DNA of 64,000 bases from an uncultured virus (IMG/VR IMGVR_UViG_3300027770_000054) (Duplodnaviria > Heunggongvirae > Uroviricota > Caudoviricetes), in the IMG/VR virus record IMGVR_UViG_3300027770_000054. One strand, 5' to 3'. A model generated the notes under the pieces. It was not told the origin of the DNA. It did not search any database and worked only from the letters and a program-made list of their open reading frames with translations. The position numbers and the translations under genes are program-made. Below are positions 39,739-49,597 of the stretch, one piece after another. Each line of letters begins with the position of its first letter. Position 1 is the stretch's first letter.

Positions 39739-40396
39739 AATTGTATCCTTTTATTGTGATATAGATGATCGTACATACTATAGCGATCACGCGCGTCGTC
39801 TGAGAATCAATTGCAATGAGAATAATATTCCACATGATATTCGCGAATTACCTTCGCGTGGTGAATACCGTTTAAATTGTCTTGCTAAACCAAGATTCAT
39901 TCTTTCTGTGTTGGAAGAAAAGAAACGACCATTTGTGTGGATGGATGTTGATTCTTTGATTCATGCTGAACTTTCTATATTTGATACCCTGAAAGACAAC
40001 TGCGATATGGCATTTGCATATCAAGGCAATCCTCCAGATGTGAATCCCAATTTACCCAAAGCATCACCAATTTATGTAAATTATACAGAAAAGACTATAC
40101 AGTGTTTGACTTACTGGGTTGAACGATGCGAATTCAATGAAATGAATTTGGGTGTGAAATTTTTTGATCATGAAGTTCTGATGGGTGAAGTATTGCCAGA
40201 ATTTTTATCCAAGATGCGAATTGGTATGCTTGGACATCCATATGCCATATGGCCTGGAACATCATTGCCAGAAGGATTCACGCCAATGATAACAATGGGA
40301 ATTGCTGATGGAAAATCCAAAGAAAATTCACTGAGAGAAATGGGACTTCGAGAAGAAATCGTAAAATTTAACTTAGTAGGTAATGCAAGTGAATAA
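39728..40396 (+). CDS. Putative nucleotide-diphospho-sugar transferase (GT-A)
   Basis: 'KPRFIL', DxD motif 'VWMDVDS', late 'DHE' acidic motif. Confidence 0.65.
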   Translation: MKTEIVSFYCDIDDRTYYSDHARRLRINCNENNIPHDIRELPSRGEYRLNCLAKPRFILSVLEEKKRPFVWMDVDSLIHAELSIFDTLKDNCDMAFAYQGNPPDVNPNLPKASPIYVNYTEKTIQCLTYWVERCEFNEMNLGVKFFDHEVLMGEVLPEFLSKMRIGMLGHPYAIWPGTSLPEGFTPMITMGIADGKSKENSLREMGLREEIVKFNLVGNASE

Positions 40397-41123
40397 ACAA
40401 GTTTTATTTTGGCAACCAGCTGGCATTGGTGATATATTCTTCTTACAGAAGGCAGCAAGACATTTTATATCTTCAGAATATGAAGTCATATGGCCTGTGA
40501 TTCCAGAATTCCTATACATCAAGGATTACATCAAGGGAATCAATTTTGTAAATGTAAATGAAGATTTTCCTCGTAAGGAATTATATAAGACACCAATTGC
40601 AATCAATACAGAAGAATTCATTTATATTCCTTTTGATATTTCACATCATAGATTTGGTGTGCTACCGATGAAGGGCAAGTATCTGTTGATGCAATTCCTG
40701 GGATTTGATGTCAATGAAAATAATTGGAAAGATTATTTGCAATTTGAACGAAATCAAGAACGAGAGATTCGTTGTAAGGAAATCCTTGGTATAAAGAACG
40801 AACCATTTATTTTTGTGAATAATATGTTTGCTTCTCCACCTGATATGGTATACAGGGAAGTCAATATTACAAATTCAAATATAAAGTGTGTATACCATAA
40901 ACCAGAACATATCAAACTATTCAATGTATTTGATCTATGCTGGGTTATTGAGAATGCTGTAGAGATTCATACAGTTGAAACTTCACTTTGCTATCTTGTT
41001 GAAAAACTAAATACTAAAGGAAAACTGAACATGTATTCGCGAAAAGTGAATGACAGATTGCAGAATCCAGATTTTTCATATGTTGACCATATTTATAAAA
41101 AGGATTGGAATTATATAATATGA
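40383..41123 (+). CDS. Hypothetical GT-B-like protein
   Basis: 'QPAGIGDIFF' and 'IENA.EIH..ETS..YL' resemble GT9-like motifs. Confidence 0.5.
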   Translation: MQVNKQVLFWQPAGIGDIFFLQKAARHFISSEYEVIWPVIPEFLYIKDYIKGINFVNVNEDFPRKELYKTPIAINTEEFIYIPFDISHHRFGVLPMKGKYLLMQFLGFDVNENNWKDYLQFERNQEREIRCKEILGIKNEPFIFVNNMFASPPDMVYREVNITNSNIKCVYHKPEHIKLFNVFDLCWVIENAVEIHTVETSLCYLVEKLNTKGKLNMYSRKVNDRLQNPDFSYVDHIYKKDWNYII

Positions 41124-41500
41124 TGCTTGAAGTTTCTATTGGCGAGGCAATTGACAAATATACAATTCTTACAATCAAAGAAGAATGTATCAAAGACGAG
41201 AGAAAACTCGTAAATATTAAAAAAGAAAGAATGGAAATTGAAAAATCCCTGATAGATCAGGGATACTTTTATTCATTCATCGAAGAGATGGCAGACTTGA
41301 CTAAAGTAAATAAAACTCTTTGGGATATAGAAGATCAGATACGAATTAAAGAAGCAAATAAACAGTTCGATCATGAGTTCATAGAACTTGCAAGATCTGT
41401 TTATATTACTAATGATAAAAGATTTGAAATTAAAAATCAAATCAATCAAAAGTCAAATTCGAATCTCAAAGAAGAAAAGTCGTATGCCAAATACAATTGA
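41120..41500 (+). CDS. DUF6165-like protein
   Basis: 'VSIGE.IDK.TIL.IK', 'N..LW.IED.IR..E....FD..FIELARSVY..ND.R..IK..IN.......EEKSY'. Confidence 0.8.
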   Translation: MMLEVSIGEAIDKYTILTIKEECIKDERKLVNIKKERMEIEKSLIDQGYFYSFIEEMADLTKVNKTLWDIEDQIRIKEANKQFDHEFIELARSVYITNDKRFEIKNQINQKSNSNLKEEKSYAKYN

Positions 41501-42194
41501 TATATCAGATATAACATTTCTTGGAGTGGACGGTGTTGGTAATGATGCAACTATATTGCGTTCATTAAAATACAGCAAACAATTTTTTCCAAATGCTAAA
41601 GTTAAATTTTTAACTTCAGGAAATCATCATTCAATCGATCCTGATATTGAACATGTGCAAATACGAAATCTTGGATACGATGAATTTAGCAAATTCTGTT
41701 TAACTGAATTGTATCGGTATTTTGATACTAGTTATATGATATATTGTCATGGTGATGGGTTTGCCACAAATCCAAATGCATGGACTGGTGAATTTTTAAA
41801 ATATGATTATCTAGGAGCACCTTGGCCAAGATCTAATCTAGAAAGAAGTTCAAATAGATGGGAATTGGTTAAAAAAGCGTACTACGAATCACAAAAAACT
41901 TATTTTGTTGGGAATGGTGGATTTTCATTTAGATCTAAAAAATTAATGGAATCTGTAAGTCAACTGTACAAAGATGAATATTATGGTATACCAGAAGATC
42001 TTGTCATAGCAATAATCATGCGAAAACAACTGGAAAAACAAGGATTTAAATTTACAAGTGATATAGGAGTTGCTGGTAAGTTTTCATGTGAAGCACCCTT
42101 TGTAGATGGATACATACTTTCATCGGATGAGAGTTTTGGATTCCATTGTGGTGGAACTCATCCCCACAAAGTGAAATTATTGGAGACTGTATGA
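41484..42194 (+). CDS. DUF5672-like GT-associated protein
   Basis: 'DG...NP..W...FL.YDY.GAPW', 'VGNGGFS.RSKKL', 'EDL', 'FGFH'. Confidence 0.8.
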   Translation: MPNTIDISDITFLGVDGVGNDATILRSLKYSKQFFPNAKVKFLTSGNHHSIDPDIEHVQIRNLGYDEFSKFCLTELYRYFDTSYMIYCHGDGFATNPNAWTGEFLKYDYLGAPWPRSNLERSSNRWELVKKAYYESQKTYFVGNGGFSFRSKKLMESVSQLYKDEYYGIPEDLVIAIIMRKQLEKQGFKFTSDIGVAGKFSCEAPFVDGYILSSDESFGFHCGGTHPHKVKLLETV

Positions 42195-43186
42195 AGGTTT
42201 TAATTACTGGTGTTGCTGGTCTTTTAGGTTCTCGTCTTGCTGATTGGTTGATTGAGAATGACAAAGCAACGGTGTATGGTATTGATGATCTTTCTGGTGG
42301 ATACATCCAGAATGTAAATTCTAAAGTTGTTTTTTACAACTACGACCTTACAAGCAATAGCAAAAAAATAGAATATCTTTTCAAGGAACATAAGTTTGAT
42401 TATGTCTTTCATTTTGCCGCATATGCTGCTGAAGGGTTAAGTCCTTTCATTCGTCAATATAATTATGAAAATAATCTGATTGCAACTACAAAGTTGATCA
42501 ATCTTAGCATCAAGCACAAGATCAAGAGATTTGTATTTACATCGACCATGGCAGTTTATGGCAATGGTGAAGTTCCCTTCAAGGAATCGCATCAGCAAGC
42601 ACCAATAGATCCATATGGCATTGCAAAATATGCGTGTGAGATGGATCTCCATGTTGCAGGAGAACAGCATGGTCTTGATTGGTGTATCTTTAGACCTCAC
42701 AATGTATATGGTGTCAATCAAAACATCTGGGACAAGTATAGAAATGTTTTAGGTATTTGGATGTATCAGCATCTTAACGGTATGCCAATGACGATCTATG
42801 GTGATGGAGAGCAAACCAGAGCATTTAGTTATATTGATGACTGTGTTCCATACTTTTGGATGGGTGCTATTGAAGATAAGGCATCAAAGCAAATATTCAA
42901 TATTGGTGGAGATGATCATATTTCTATAAATGATGCTTGCAATTTGTTAATTGATGTGATAGGATCTGGAACCAAACAACATCTTGAACAACGACATGAA
43001 GTAAAACATGCATGGGTGACGCATGATAAGATCAAGGATGTTCTTGGATATAAGCAAGTAACAACTCTAAAAGACGGATTGAGTAAGATGTGGGAGTGGG
43101 CAAAAACTCAACCAATGCGTGAAAGAAAACTATGGTCGAAGTATGAATTAGATGTGGGCATTTACAACTATTGGAAAGTGAAATAA
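42191..43186 (+). CDS. NAD-dependent nucleotide-sugar epimerase/dehydratase
   Basis: 'LITGVAGLLGS', YxxxK 'YGIAK', 'RPHNVYG', 'GDGEQTR.FSY'. Confidence 0.92.
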   Translation: MKVLITGVAGLLGSRLADWLIENDKATVYGIDDLSGGYIQNVNSKVVFYNYDLTSNSKKIEYLFKEHKFDYVFHFAAYAAEGLSPFIRQYNYENNLIATTKLINLSIKHKIKRFVFTSTMAVYGNGEVPFKESHQQAPIDPYGIAKYACEMDLHVAGEQHGLDWCIFRPHNVYGVNQNIWDKYRNVLGIWMYQHLNGMPMTIYGDGEQTRAFSYIDDCVPYFWMGAIEDKASKQIFNIGGDDHISINDACNLLIDVIGSGTKQHLEQRHEVKHAWVTHDKIKDVLGYKQVTTLKDGLSKMWEWAKTQPMRERKLWSKYELDVGIYNYWKVK

Positions 43187-43187
43187 T

Positions 43188-43823
43188 ATGGCACAAGGTG
43201 TACATAAAATTACAGAACAGTTCGAGGAAAAGGTAGCAGAATATACTGGTGCGCCTTATGCTGTTGCTCTTGACAACATGAGTAACGCATTGTTTCTTGC
43301 TTTGTATTATGAGAAAGTTCAAGGACTTGAGATCACAATACCAGCAAGAACTTATATGTCAGTTCCCTGTGAAATTATTCATGCTGGTGCAAAAGTAAAA
43401 TTTGAACCAGTCGAAGGAACCAAGATCAAAGGTGGGTATCAACTAAAACCAACAAAGGTTTGGGATTGCGCATTGCAATTCACAACAAACATGTATGTGC
43501 CAAATACACATATGTGTTTATCTTTCACTGGACCATATAAGCATCTTAAATTGGGCAAGGGTGGCATGATAATTACTGATGATGTGGATGCGTACAAGTG
43601 GTTCAAGAAAGCAAGATTTAGTGGAAGAAATGAGTGTTCTTATCACGAAGATACATTTGATATGTTGGGGTGGAACTTCTATATGATGCCAGAGATTGCT
43701 GCCCGTGGTCTTCTTCTGATGACACAGTTTTATAATCTTGATGGCACTCCAAAACACAATCCAGATCTTGAATTACCATATCCAGATCTTTCAAAGCATC
43801 CAGTATATACAGATAGTAAATAA
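43188..43823 (+). CDS. Short DegT/DnrJ/EryC1/StrS-family PLP enzyme
   Basis: 'FEE..AEY.GA.YAVA......ALFLAL', 'DCA', 'SF...KHL..G.GGM', 'GWNF.M'. Only 211 aa. Confidence 0.8.
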   Translation: MAQGVHKITEQFEEKVAEYTGAPYAVALDNMSNALFLALYYEKVQGLEITIPARTYMSVPCEIIHAGAKVKFEPVEGTKIKGGYQLKPTKVWDCALQFTTNMYVPNTHMCLSFTGPYKHLKLGKGGMIITDDVDAYKWFKKARFSGRNECSYHEDTFDMLGWNFYMMPEIAARGLLLMTQFYNLDGTPKHNPDLELPYPDLSKHPVYTDSK

Positions 43824-44569
43824 TGATTCATATATTTTTTAGACATTATAATGTTGGTGGAAGCAATAATGCTGCAAGACAAGACAATCGTTATCAAGCA
43901 CGATCTGCTCGTCGTTGGGGAAATGTAGACAATTGGTTTAATTATGAAAAAGTATTTTTAAATCTTCTTCGTACTACTGCTGGTGCTAATGTTAAGATTA
44001 ATGTTGTTATGGATGGCATCATCGAAGAAAATTGGATTGCAAAATACAAAAATAAATTTACACCATATGAAATTGTCGGTGGAACTGATTTTGCGTCATT
44101 TTTTCCAACAATGGATATTGTAAAAAATGATACATCTATTCGACAAAATGATATAGTTTATCTTTTAGAAAATGATTATCTTCATGTTGATGGATGGGTT
44201 TCAAAGGTAGAAGAACTCTACACAATGTACAATGATAATGTAAGTTATGTTTCACTATACGATCATTTGGATAAATACATTTATGATCATTATTCGCATT
44301 TGAGGGAAAAGATTATTATAACCAGAACCCATCACTGGAGAACTACCCCAAGCACAACGGGAACATTCATGTTAAGTAAGAAAATCTTCGATGAGGATTA
44401 TGATGTTCATTCGACACGAAAAGAAGATCATGGTAAATTTGTATGGTTACAAGAAAATAGAAAAAGATTTCTGTTGACTCCTATCCCTGGATTATCAACT
44501 CATTGTGTTGGAGAATGTTCACCCACAATTGATTGGCAAGCAATTAGCGATAGAGAGGTAATACAGTGA
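43823..44569 (+). CDS. Putative GT-A glycosyltransferase
   Basis: 'YLLENDYLH', 'SLYDH.DKY', 'HWRTTPSTT.TF', 'PIPGLSTH'. Confidence 0.6.
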   Translation: MIHIFFRHYNVGGSNNAARQDNRYQARSARRWGNVDNWFNYEKVFLNLLRTTAGANVKINVVMDGIIEENWIAKYKNKFTPYEIVGGTDFASFFPTMDIVKNDTSIRQNDIVYLLENDYLHVDGWVSKVEELYTMYNDNVSYVSLYDHLDKYIYDHYSHLREKIIITRTHHWRTTPSTTGTFMLSKKIFDEDYDVHSTRKEDHGKFVWLQENRKRFLLTPIPGLSTHCVGECSPTIDWQAISDREVIQ

Positions 44570-44877
44570 ATACAGTTGAAGAATCGTATCGTGCATTGTC
44601 TTTGAGTGCATCGGATATAAATGATGCTTGCAATTTGTTAATTGATGTGGTAGGATCAGGTACTAAACAGCATCTCGAACAGAGACATGAAGTAAAACAT
44701 GCATGGGTGACGCATGATAAGATCAAGGATGTTCTTGGATATAAGCAAGTGACATCTTTAAAAGATGGATTGGGTAAAATGTGGGAATGGGCAAAGACCC
44801 AACCCATGCGGGAGAGAAAGTTATGGGATAAGTATGAATTGGATAAAGGAATTTACAACTATTGGAAAGTGAAATAA
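44566..44877 (+). pseudogene. Chimeric fragment: about 17 unrelated codons fused to a second copy of the epimerase C-terminus
   Basis: 44616-44877 matches 42925-43186 (30 mismatches in 262 nt by manual count). Lacks the Rossmann fold and catalytic YxxxK. Confidence 0.8.
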
Positions 44878-44879
44878 AA

Positions 44880-45404
44880 ATGAATAAACCAAATTTAAAA
44901 CAAGAAAGAATGCATGGAATGGGAGATGCTGGTGGAGTTAATTATATAGAAGGATTAGATGAACTTTGTTTATTTTTTAAAATGAACAAAAATCATAAAG
45001 TTCTAGAATTAGGTTGTAATGATGGAGTTAGCACATCTTTATTTGCATACTATGCTGATGTTGTTGATACTGTTGATATAGTTTTAACAGAAAAAATGAA
45101 AAATATTTTAAATTTTCATAAAAACATTAATTTTAAACAAGGAAGTATTTCTCAGATAGTTCCAAATTTAATTGATGATTATTATGATTTTATTTATATT
45201 GACGCAGATCATTCTTTTCATTCTGTAGTACATGATATAAATGTTAGTCTTCCAAAATTAAAAAAAACTGGAATAATGTCTGGACATGATTATATACCAG
45301 ATAGTCCAACATTATTTGGAGTAAGTCAAGCAGTAAATAGTTTATTTAATATTGAAAAAATTAAAGTTTTTTCTGATTATAGTTGGGCAATTATTGGAGA
45401 ATAA
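44880..45404 (+). CDS. Class I SAM-dependent methyltransferase (Methyltransf_24-like)
   Basis: 'VLELGC..G.ST', 'DFIYIDADHS', 'SGHDY'. Confidence 0.85.
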   Translation: MNKPNLKQERMHGMGDAGGVNYIEGLDELCLFFKMNKNHKVLELGCNDGVSTSLFAYYADVVDTVDIVLTEKMKNILNFHKNINFKQGSISQIVPNLIDDYYDFIYIDADHSFHSVVHDINVSLPKLKKTGIMSGHDYIPDSPTLFGVSQAVNSLFNIEKIKVFSDYSWAIIGE

Positions 45405-45461
45405 AATTCATGAAATGTTTAGTAATTGCAATGGTCTTACTATACTGAAACGAGTTGGTTC

Positions 45462-46181
45462 ATGATAGATTTATCAAAAGTAACTTTAGTCACTATAGAT
45501 GGTACTGGCAAAGATACTTCCAAACTTATTGAAGTAATCGATATCTGCACTCGTAAAATAAACTTTGGGTCTGTTATTTTGATTACAGCAGATCCAGACA
45601 TTCAGACTACTGCTAAAGTGACAATTCATACAATTGACAAGATGTCATATCCAGAGTATAATACATTTTGTATAACGGATTTGAATAAATATGTCAATAC
45701 AGAATTTTGTTTGATTGTTCAGACTGATGGATTTATCTGCAAACCAACAAACTGGACAGATGAATTTTATAACTATGATTACATCGGTTGTCCGTGGATG
45801 GATGCCGAACCTGGATATTTTCCTTGGGTTACTGAACCAAAGTATCAAGTTGGTTGTGGTGGATTTTGTTTCCGTAGTAAGAAATTACTACAAACAGGAG
45901 CAAATATAAGCAGGGAATTTATCTCAAGAATGACACACGCAGGAATGGGTGAGGATGTAATCATATGTGTATCACTGAGGGATTATTTTGAAAAAATGGA
46001 TTGTAAGTTTCCAACAGGAGAATTTGCAAAGAAGTTTGCACTAGGGAGTGCTCCGCTAAAGGAAAATCAATTGGAAACTACATTTGGATTCCACAGCAAT
46101 GAATATATGTCGGAAGTTAAAAAAATGATTGAAAGATGGGATGAATATGAAATTACAAGAAATACTAACAGAGGAAATTAA
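45462..46181 (+). CDS. DUF5672-like GT-associated protein (second copy)
   Basis: 'MIDLSKVTLV', 'VQTDGF', 'YDYIGCPW', 'VG.GGF..RSKKLL', 'EDV', 'FGFH'. Confidence 0.8.
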   Translation: MIDLSKVTLVTIDGTGKDTSKLIEVIDICTRKINFGSVILITADPDIQTTAKVTIHTIDKMSYPEYNTFCITDLNKYVNTEFCLIVQTDGFICKPTNWTDEFYNYDYIGCPWMDAEPGYFPWVTEPKYQVGCGGFCFRSKKLLQTGANISREFISRMTHAGMGEDVIICVSLRDYFEKMDCKFPTGEFAKKFALGSAPLKENQLETTFGFHSNEYMSEVKKMIERWDEYEITRNTNRGN

Positions 46182-46184
46182 TTT

Positions 46185-46724
46185 ATGAAAGTTAGACCAA
46201 TGCGACCACTTGAAGGTGTACAAGGATTGATTGATATTTGCGATTTTGTTTCTAGTAACATTAAAGTAGAAACTGCTTTAGAGTTGGGATCATATATTGG
46301 AGAATCAACTGTTACATTTGCTAAAAATTTTAAAGATTTAAAAATTTTGTATGCAGTCGATCCGTTTAGTTTAAATTTTAATTCTGATAATTTATTTGAT
46401 GAAGAAAATATAGAAGGAATAATGAACATTTTCTATAAAAATATTGAACAATATCCATCAATCAAGCATATTAGAAAAGATTCAGAAAACGCATCAAAAG
46501 ATTTTGAAAATAAAATTTTTGATTTCATTTATATTGATGGTTGTCACTCATTTGATTGTGTGATGAAGGATGTTAAATATTGGAAACCAAAAGTAAAAGA
46601 AAATTGTTATATGTCATTCCATGACATTGATTGGTATGAAGTTGTATCTGCATTATCTTTACATTTTGATATCGATAACGGGTATATGACCAAAGACAAC
46701 AGCATTACTTTTAGAGTTCAATAA
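46185..46724 (+). CDS. Class I SAM-dependent methyltransferase (second copy)
   Basis: 'LELGSY.GEST', 'VDPF', 'DFIYIDG.HS', 'HD'. Confidence 0.85.
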   Translation: MKVRPMRPLEGVQGLIDICDFVSSNIKVETALELGSYIGESTVTFAKNFKDLKILYAVDPFSLNFNSDNLFDEENIEGIMNIFYKNIEQYPSIKHIRKDSENASKDFENKIFDFIYIDGCHSFDCVMKDVKYWKPKVKENCYMSFHDIDWYEVVSALSLHFDIDNGYMTKDNSITFRVQ

Positions 46725-46741
46725 AATTAAGAGGAATAAAA

Positions 46742-47545
46742 ATGCAAAGAAAAATATATGATTGTTTTCAATTTTTTAACGAATTGGATATTCTTGATAT
46801 TAGATTAAATGAATTGGATTCTCAAGTTGACTATTTTGTTATTGTTGAAGCAGAATTGAGTCATCAGTTAAAACCAAAACCATTATATTTTAAAGAAAAT
46901 AAAGAAAGATATTCTAAATTCTTGCATAAGATCATTCATGTTGTTGTGCCAGCAGATAAATTTGTATCGAATACGGTTCAGCATTTTGCTCATCATAATG
47001 ATCAAATTCAAAGAAATTCTTTGAGAAATGGAATAGAAAATGCCAATGATGAAGATTTTATTATTATATCTGATTTAGATGAAATTGTTTCTAGTAAAAA
47101 AATACAAGATTATAAAAATTCACAGTATTGGGAATCTCCAATACCTGTTATATTTGAACAAAATTTTTATTTATGGTATTTGAATGCAAGAGCAGACGGA
47201 TTCCCTTGGATTAATTCTGGAATGTGTTTAAAGAAAGATTTAGAGGAAATTGGAACAAGAGGATTCAAGGATAACAAAACTTGTTTTACATTTCCTAGAA
47301 TTAAAGATGGTGGTTGGCATTTTTCTTATATTGGAAATCCTAATACTGTAAAAACAAAACTTGATAATTTTGCACATACAGAATTCTCTCATCTAACTAT
47401 TGATGACTTAAAAAAGAATAGAGAAAATTTAATCGACCCATTAGGGAGAAAAGACGAAGGTATAAATATAGTTGTAGACTCAATACAGACTATGCCACAG
47501 TATGTGCAGGATAATATAGAAAAATTCAAGGACTTTTTAATATGA
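46742..47545 (+). CDS. Glycosyltransferase family 17 (beta-1,4-GlcNAc transferase-like)
   Basis: 'IYDCF.FFNELD.L.IRL.EL...VDYFVIVE', 'QRN', 'SDLDEI', 'GGWHFSY', 'K...FAH.E'. Confidence 0.88.
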   Translation: MQRKIYDCFQFFNELDILDIRLNELDSQVDYFVIVEAELSHQLKPKPLYFKENKERYSKFLHKIIHVVVPADKFVSNTVQHFAHHNDQIQRNSLRNGIENANDEDFIIISDLDEIVSSKKIQDYKNSQYWESPIPVIFEQNFYLWYLNARADGFPWINSGMCLKKDLEEIGTRGFKDNKTCFTFPRIKDGGWHFSYIGNPNTVKTKLDNFAHTEFSHLTIDDLKKNRENLIDPLGRKDEGINIVVDSIQTMPQYVQDNIEKFKDFLI

Positions 47546-48570
47546 AAAATATATTGGTTTTGGGTGGTGGGGGATTTATTGGTTCTCATCTCGTTAAACG
47601 ACTTAAAAATGAAGGAAATTATGTAAAGGTATGTGATCTTAAATATCCAGAATATTCTGCAAGCACAGCAGATGATTTTATGATTGGAGATTTGCGCGAT
47701 CAAGTGGTGTGCGACAAACTCTTTAATATGCATTATGACGAGGTTTATCAACTCGCTGCTGATATGGGTGGTGCAGGATATATCTTCACTGGAGAGAATG
47801 ATGCAAATGTAATGCATAATTCCGCTCTTATCAATTTAAATATTGTTGAGCGTTGTATGCGTACTGGAGTAGGAAGAGTGTTTTATTCTTCATCTGCTTG
47901 CATGTACCCTGCATACAACCAGGAAGATCCAAATAATCCAAAGTGTTCAGAATCTTCCGCATACCCTGCTGCACCAGATAGTGAGTATGGATGGGAGAAA
48001 CTTTTCAGCGAAAGACTTTATCTATCTTATGCTCGCAATCATAAGTTGAATGTAAGGATTGCAAGATATCATAATATCTTTGGACCAGAAGGCACATGGA
48101 AGGGTGGCAAGGAGAAAGCACCAGCGGCACTTTGCCGTAAGGTTATAGAAGCAAAAAATGGCACGATTGATGTGTGGGGTACTGGAGAACAAACTCGGTC
48201 ATTCCTATATATCGATGAGTGTGTTGAAGCAACTCTAAGATTGATGCGATCAGATTTTTCTGGTCCAGTGAATATTGGTTCAGAGGAAATGATAACAATT
48301 AATAATCTAGCAAAGATGGTTATTGATATCTCTGGAAAAGATGTTAAGATACACAATGTGAAAGGACCAGTTGGAGTTATGGGTAGAAATTCTGATAATA
48401 AACTCTATAAGGAAAAGATTGGTTGGGAACCATCGCAACCACTTTCTGTTGGTATTGAGAAAACTTACAAATGGATTGAAACTCAGCATGAGGATTGTTC
48501 GTCATTTACTAGCGTTCCAGTTCATGCAAATTCCGCACAACTGGACATGGAAGATAAACATAGAAAGTAA
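47542..48570 (+). CDS. GDP-mannose 3',5'-epimerase-like SDR
   Basis: 'GGGGFIGSHL', 'QLAADMGGAGYI', 'SSSACMYP', 'YGWEKLFSE', 'GG.EKAPAA.CRKV', 'GRNSDN'. Confidence 0.88.
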   Translation: MKNILVLGGGGFIGSHLVKRLKNEGNYVKVCDLKYPEYSASTADDFMIGDLRDQVVCDKLFNMHYDEVYQLAADMGGAGYIFTGENDANVMHNSALINLNIVERCMRTGVGRVFYSSSACMYPAYNQEDPNNPKCSESSAYPAAPDSEYGWEKLFSERLYLSYARNHKLNVRIARYHNIFGPEGTWKGGKEKAPAALCRKVIEAKNGTIDVWGTGEQTRSFLYIDECVEATLRLMRSDFSGPVNIGSEEMITINNLAKMVIDISGKDVKIHNVKGPVGVMGRNSDNKLYKEKIGWEPSQPLSVGIEKTYKWIETQHEDCSSFTSVPVHANSAQLDMEDKHRK

Positions 48571-48571
48571 A

Positions 48572-48727
48572 ATGCATTACATCATCGTATATGAAGATGG
48601 TAAACCATTCTTGTCAATACCGACATATGAAAAGAATGTTGATGTGGACAAGATAGTCAAAGACTACAGATTGAATAAAACTGTAGTAATCAAAGTAGAA
48701 GAACAAGATAAATTTATAGGATGGTAA
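48572..48727 (+). CDS. Small hypothetical protein (51 aa)
   Basis: The ATG 1 nt after the upstream stop fills the gap (MHYIIVYEDG...). Confidence 0.5.
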   Translation: MHYIIVYEDGKPFLSIPTYEKNVDVDKIVKDYRLNKTVVIKVEEQDKFIGW

Positions 48728-48730
48728 ACA

Positions 48731-49597
48731 ATGAAAATTGTATTTTTTAATCATCACCCAGATGAAATGTATTGGCATATTAAAACTTTTGAAGCACTTG
48801 GTCATGATTGTCATGTTGCTACTAGAAAATTAACACTAGAATGTGGAGAGAATTATTGCTCTTTTGACGAAGAGGGGCATGTTCAAAAAGGTCCAGTATT
48901 CTATAAATGGGAACATCTTCACCCAGACATGAACTTGAAATTTACTGACACTATTCATGGATTTGATGCTGCTGTTACAATCAGTGGAAAGATTCCATAT
49001 GTGCTCGCACCAAAAATGAAAGTCTTTGCTTGCGTAGTAGTTAAGTTTGATATTGATAAGTTTAATGGTGTGGATAATATCATCAAGATCATAGCACATC
49101 CAGATGCTAAACAATGGAATGGACATTTTGTTCCAAAGTTTGTTCCGCAATATGGAAAGATCGGTCCACAGACTTATATCAGTCAGTTGATGGAGAGATA
49201 TTATACCATGTATCTTGCAGACTTGATGAAGTTGAAGCAAGAAGGATTCCCAGTCATTGTTTCTGGTGCAATCGAAGCACCAGATGGAGTTGTTCACGAT
49301 CTTCGTCTATTGGAACAAACTAGATTTCTAGTTCACGACAAGGCATATGGGATTTCATGTGGTGCTGTTCTCAAAGCATTGGACTCTGGATGTAAAATTT
49401 ATATGACAAAGAAAAATAGAATTGAAACTGGTCTTTCTGATATTCCAGATGAATGTTTCATATTTAATGATGATATATCAATTAAAGATGCATACGATAA
49501 GTATGCTGATTATGATAAATCTCATATTCAAACCTTGTTTAGAAATGTGAGAAATTTAGATAATGCTGTCAACCATTTATCCAATTTACTAAAATGA
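48731..49597 (+). CDS. Hypothetical protein, possibly GT-B-like
   Basis: Lies in the island. 'LVH.K.YG....AVL.AL..G' loosely resembles a GT-B C-terminal motif. Confidence 0.45.
   Translation: MKIVFFNHHPDEMYWHIKTFEALGHDCHVATRKLTLECGENYCSFDEEGHVQKGPVFYKWEHLHPDMNLKFTDTIHGFDAAVTISGKIPYVLAPKMKVFACVVVKFDIDKFNGVDNIIKIIAHPDAKQWNGHFVPKFVPQYGKIGPQTYISQLMERYYTMYLADLMKLKQEGFPVIVSGAIEAPDGVVHDLRLLEQTRFLVHDKAYGISCGAVLKALDSGCKIYMTKKNRIETGLSDIPDECFIFNDDISIKDAYDKYADYDKSHIQTLFRNVRNLDNAVNHLSNLLK

Noticed and set aside
42925..44877. Diversity-generating retroelement TR/VR pair
   Set aside because: Mismatches are not adenine-specific and are mostly synonymous. No reverse transcriptase is in the window. The Lcl-like genes show no evident template repeat here.
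45426..45446. TTGCAA...TATACT promoter and TTG start at 45426
   Set aside because: The spacer is only 9 nt, and the ATG at 45462 fits the family N-terminus better.
48371..48571. 5' extension of the 118-aa ORF
   Set aside because: It overlaps the epimerase by 200 nt in another frame; the ATG at 48572 is the plausible start.
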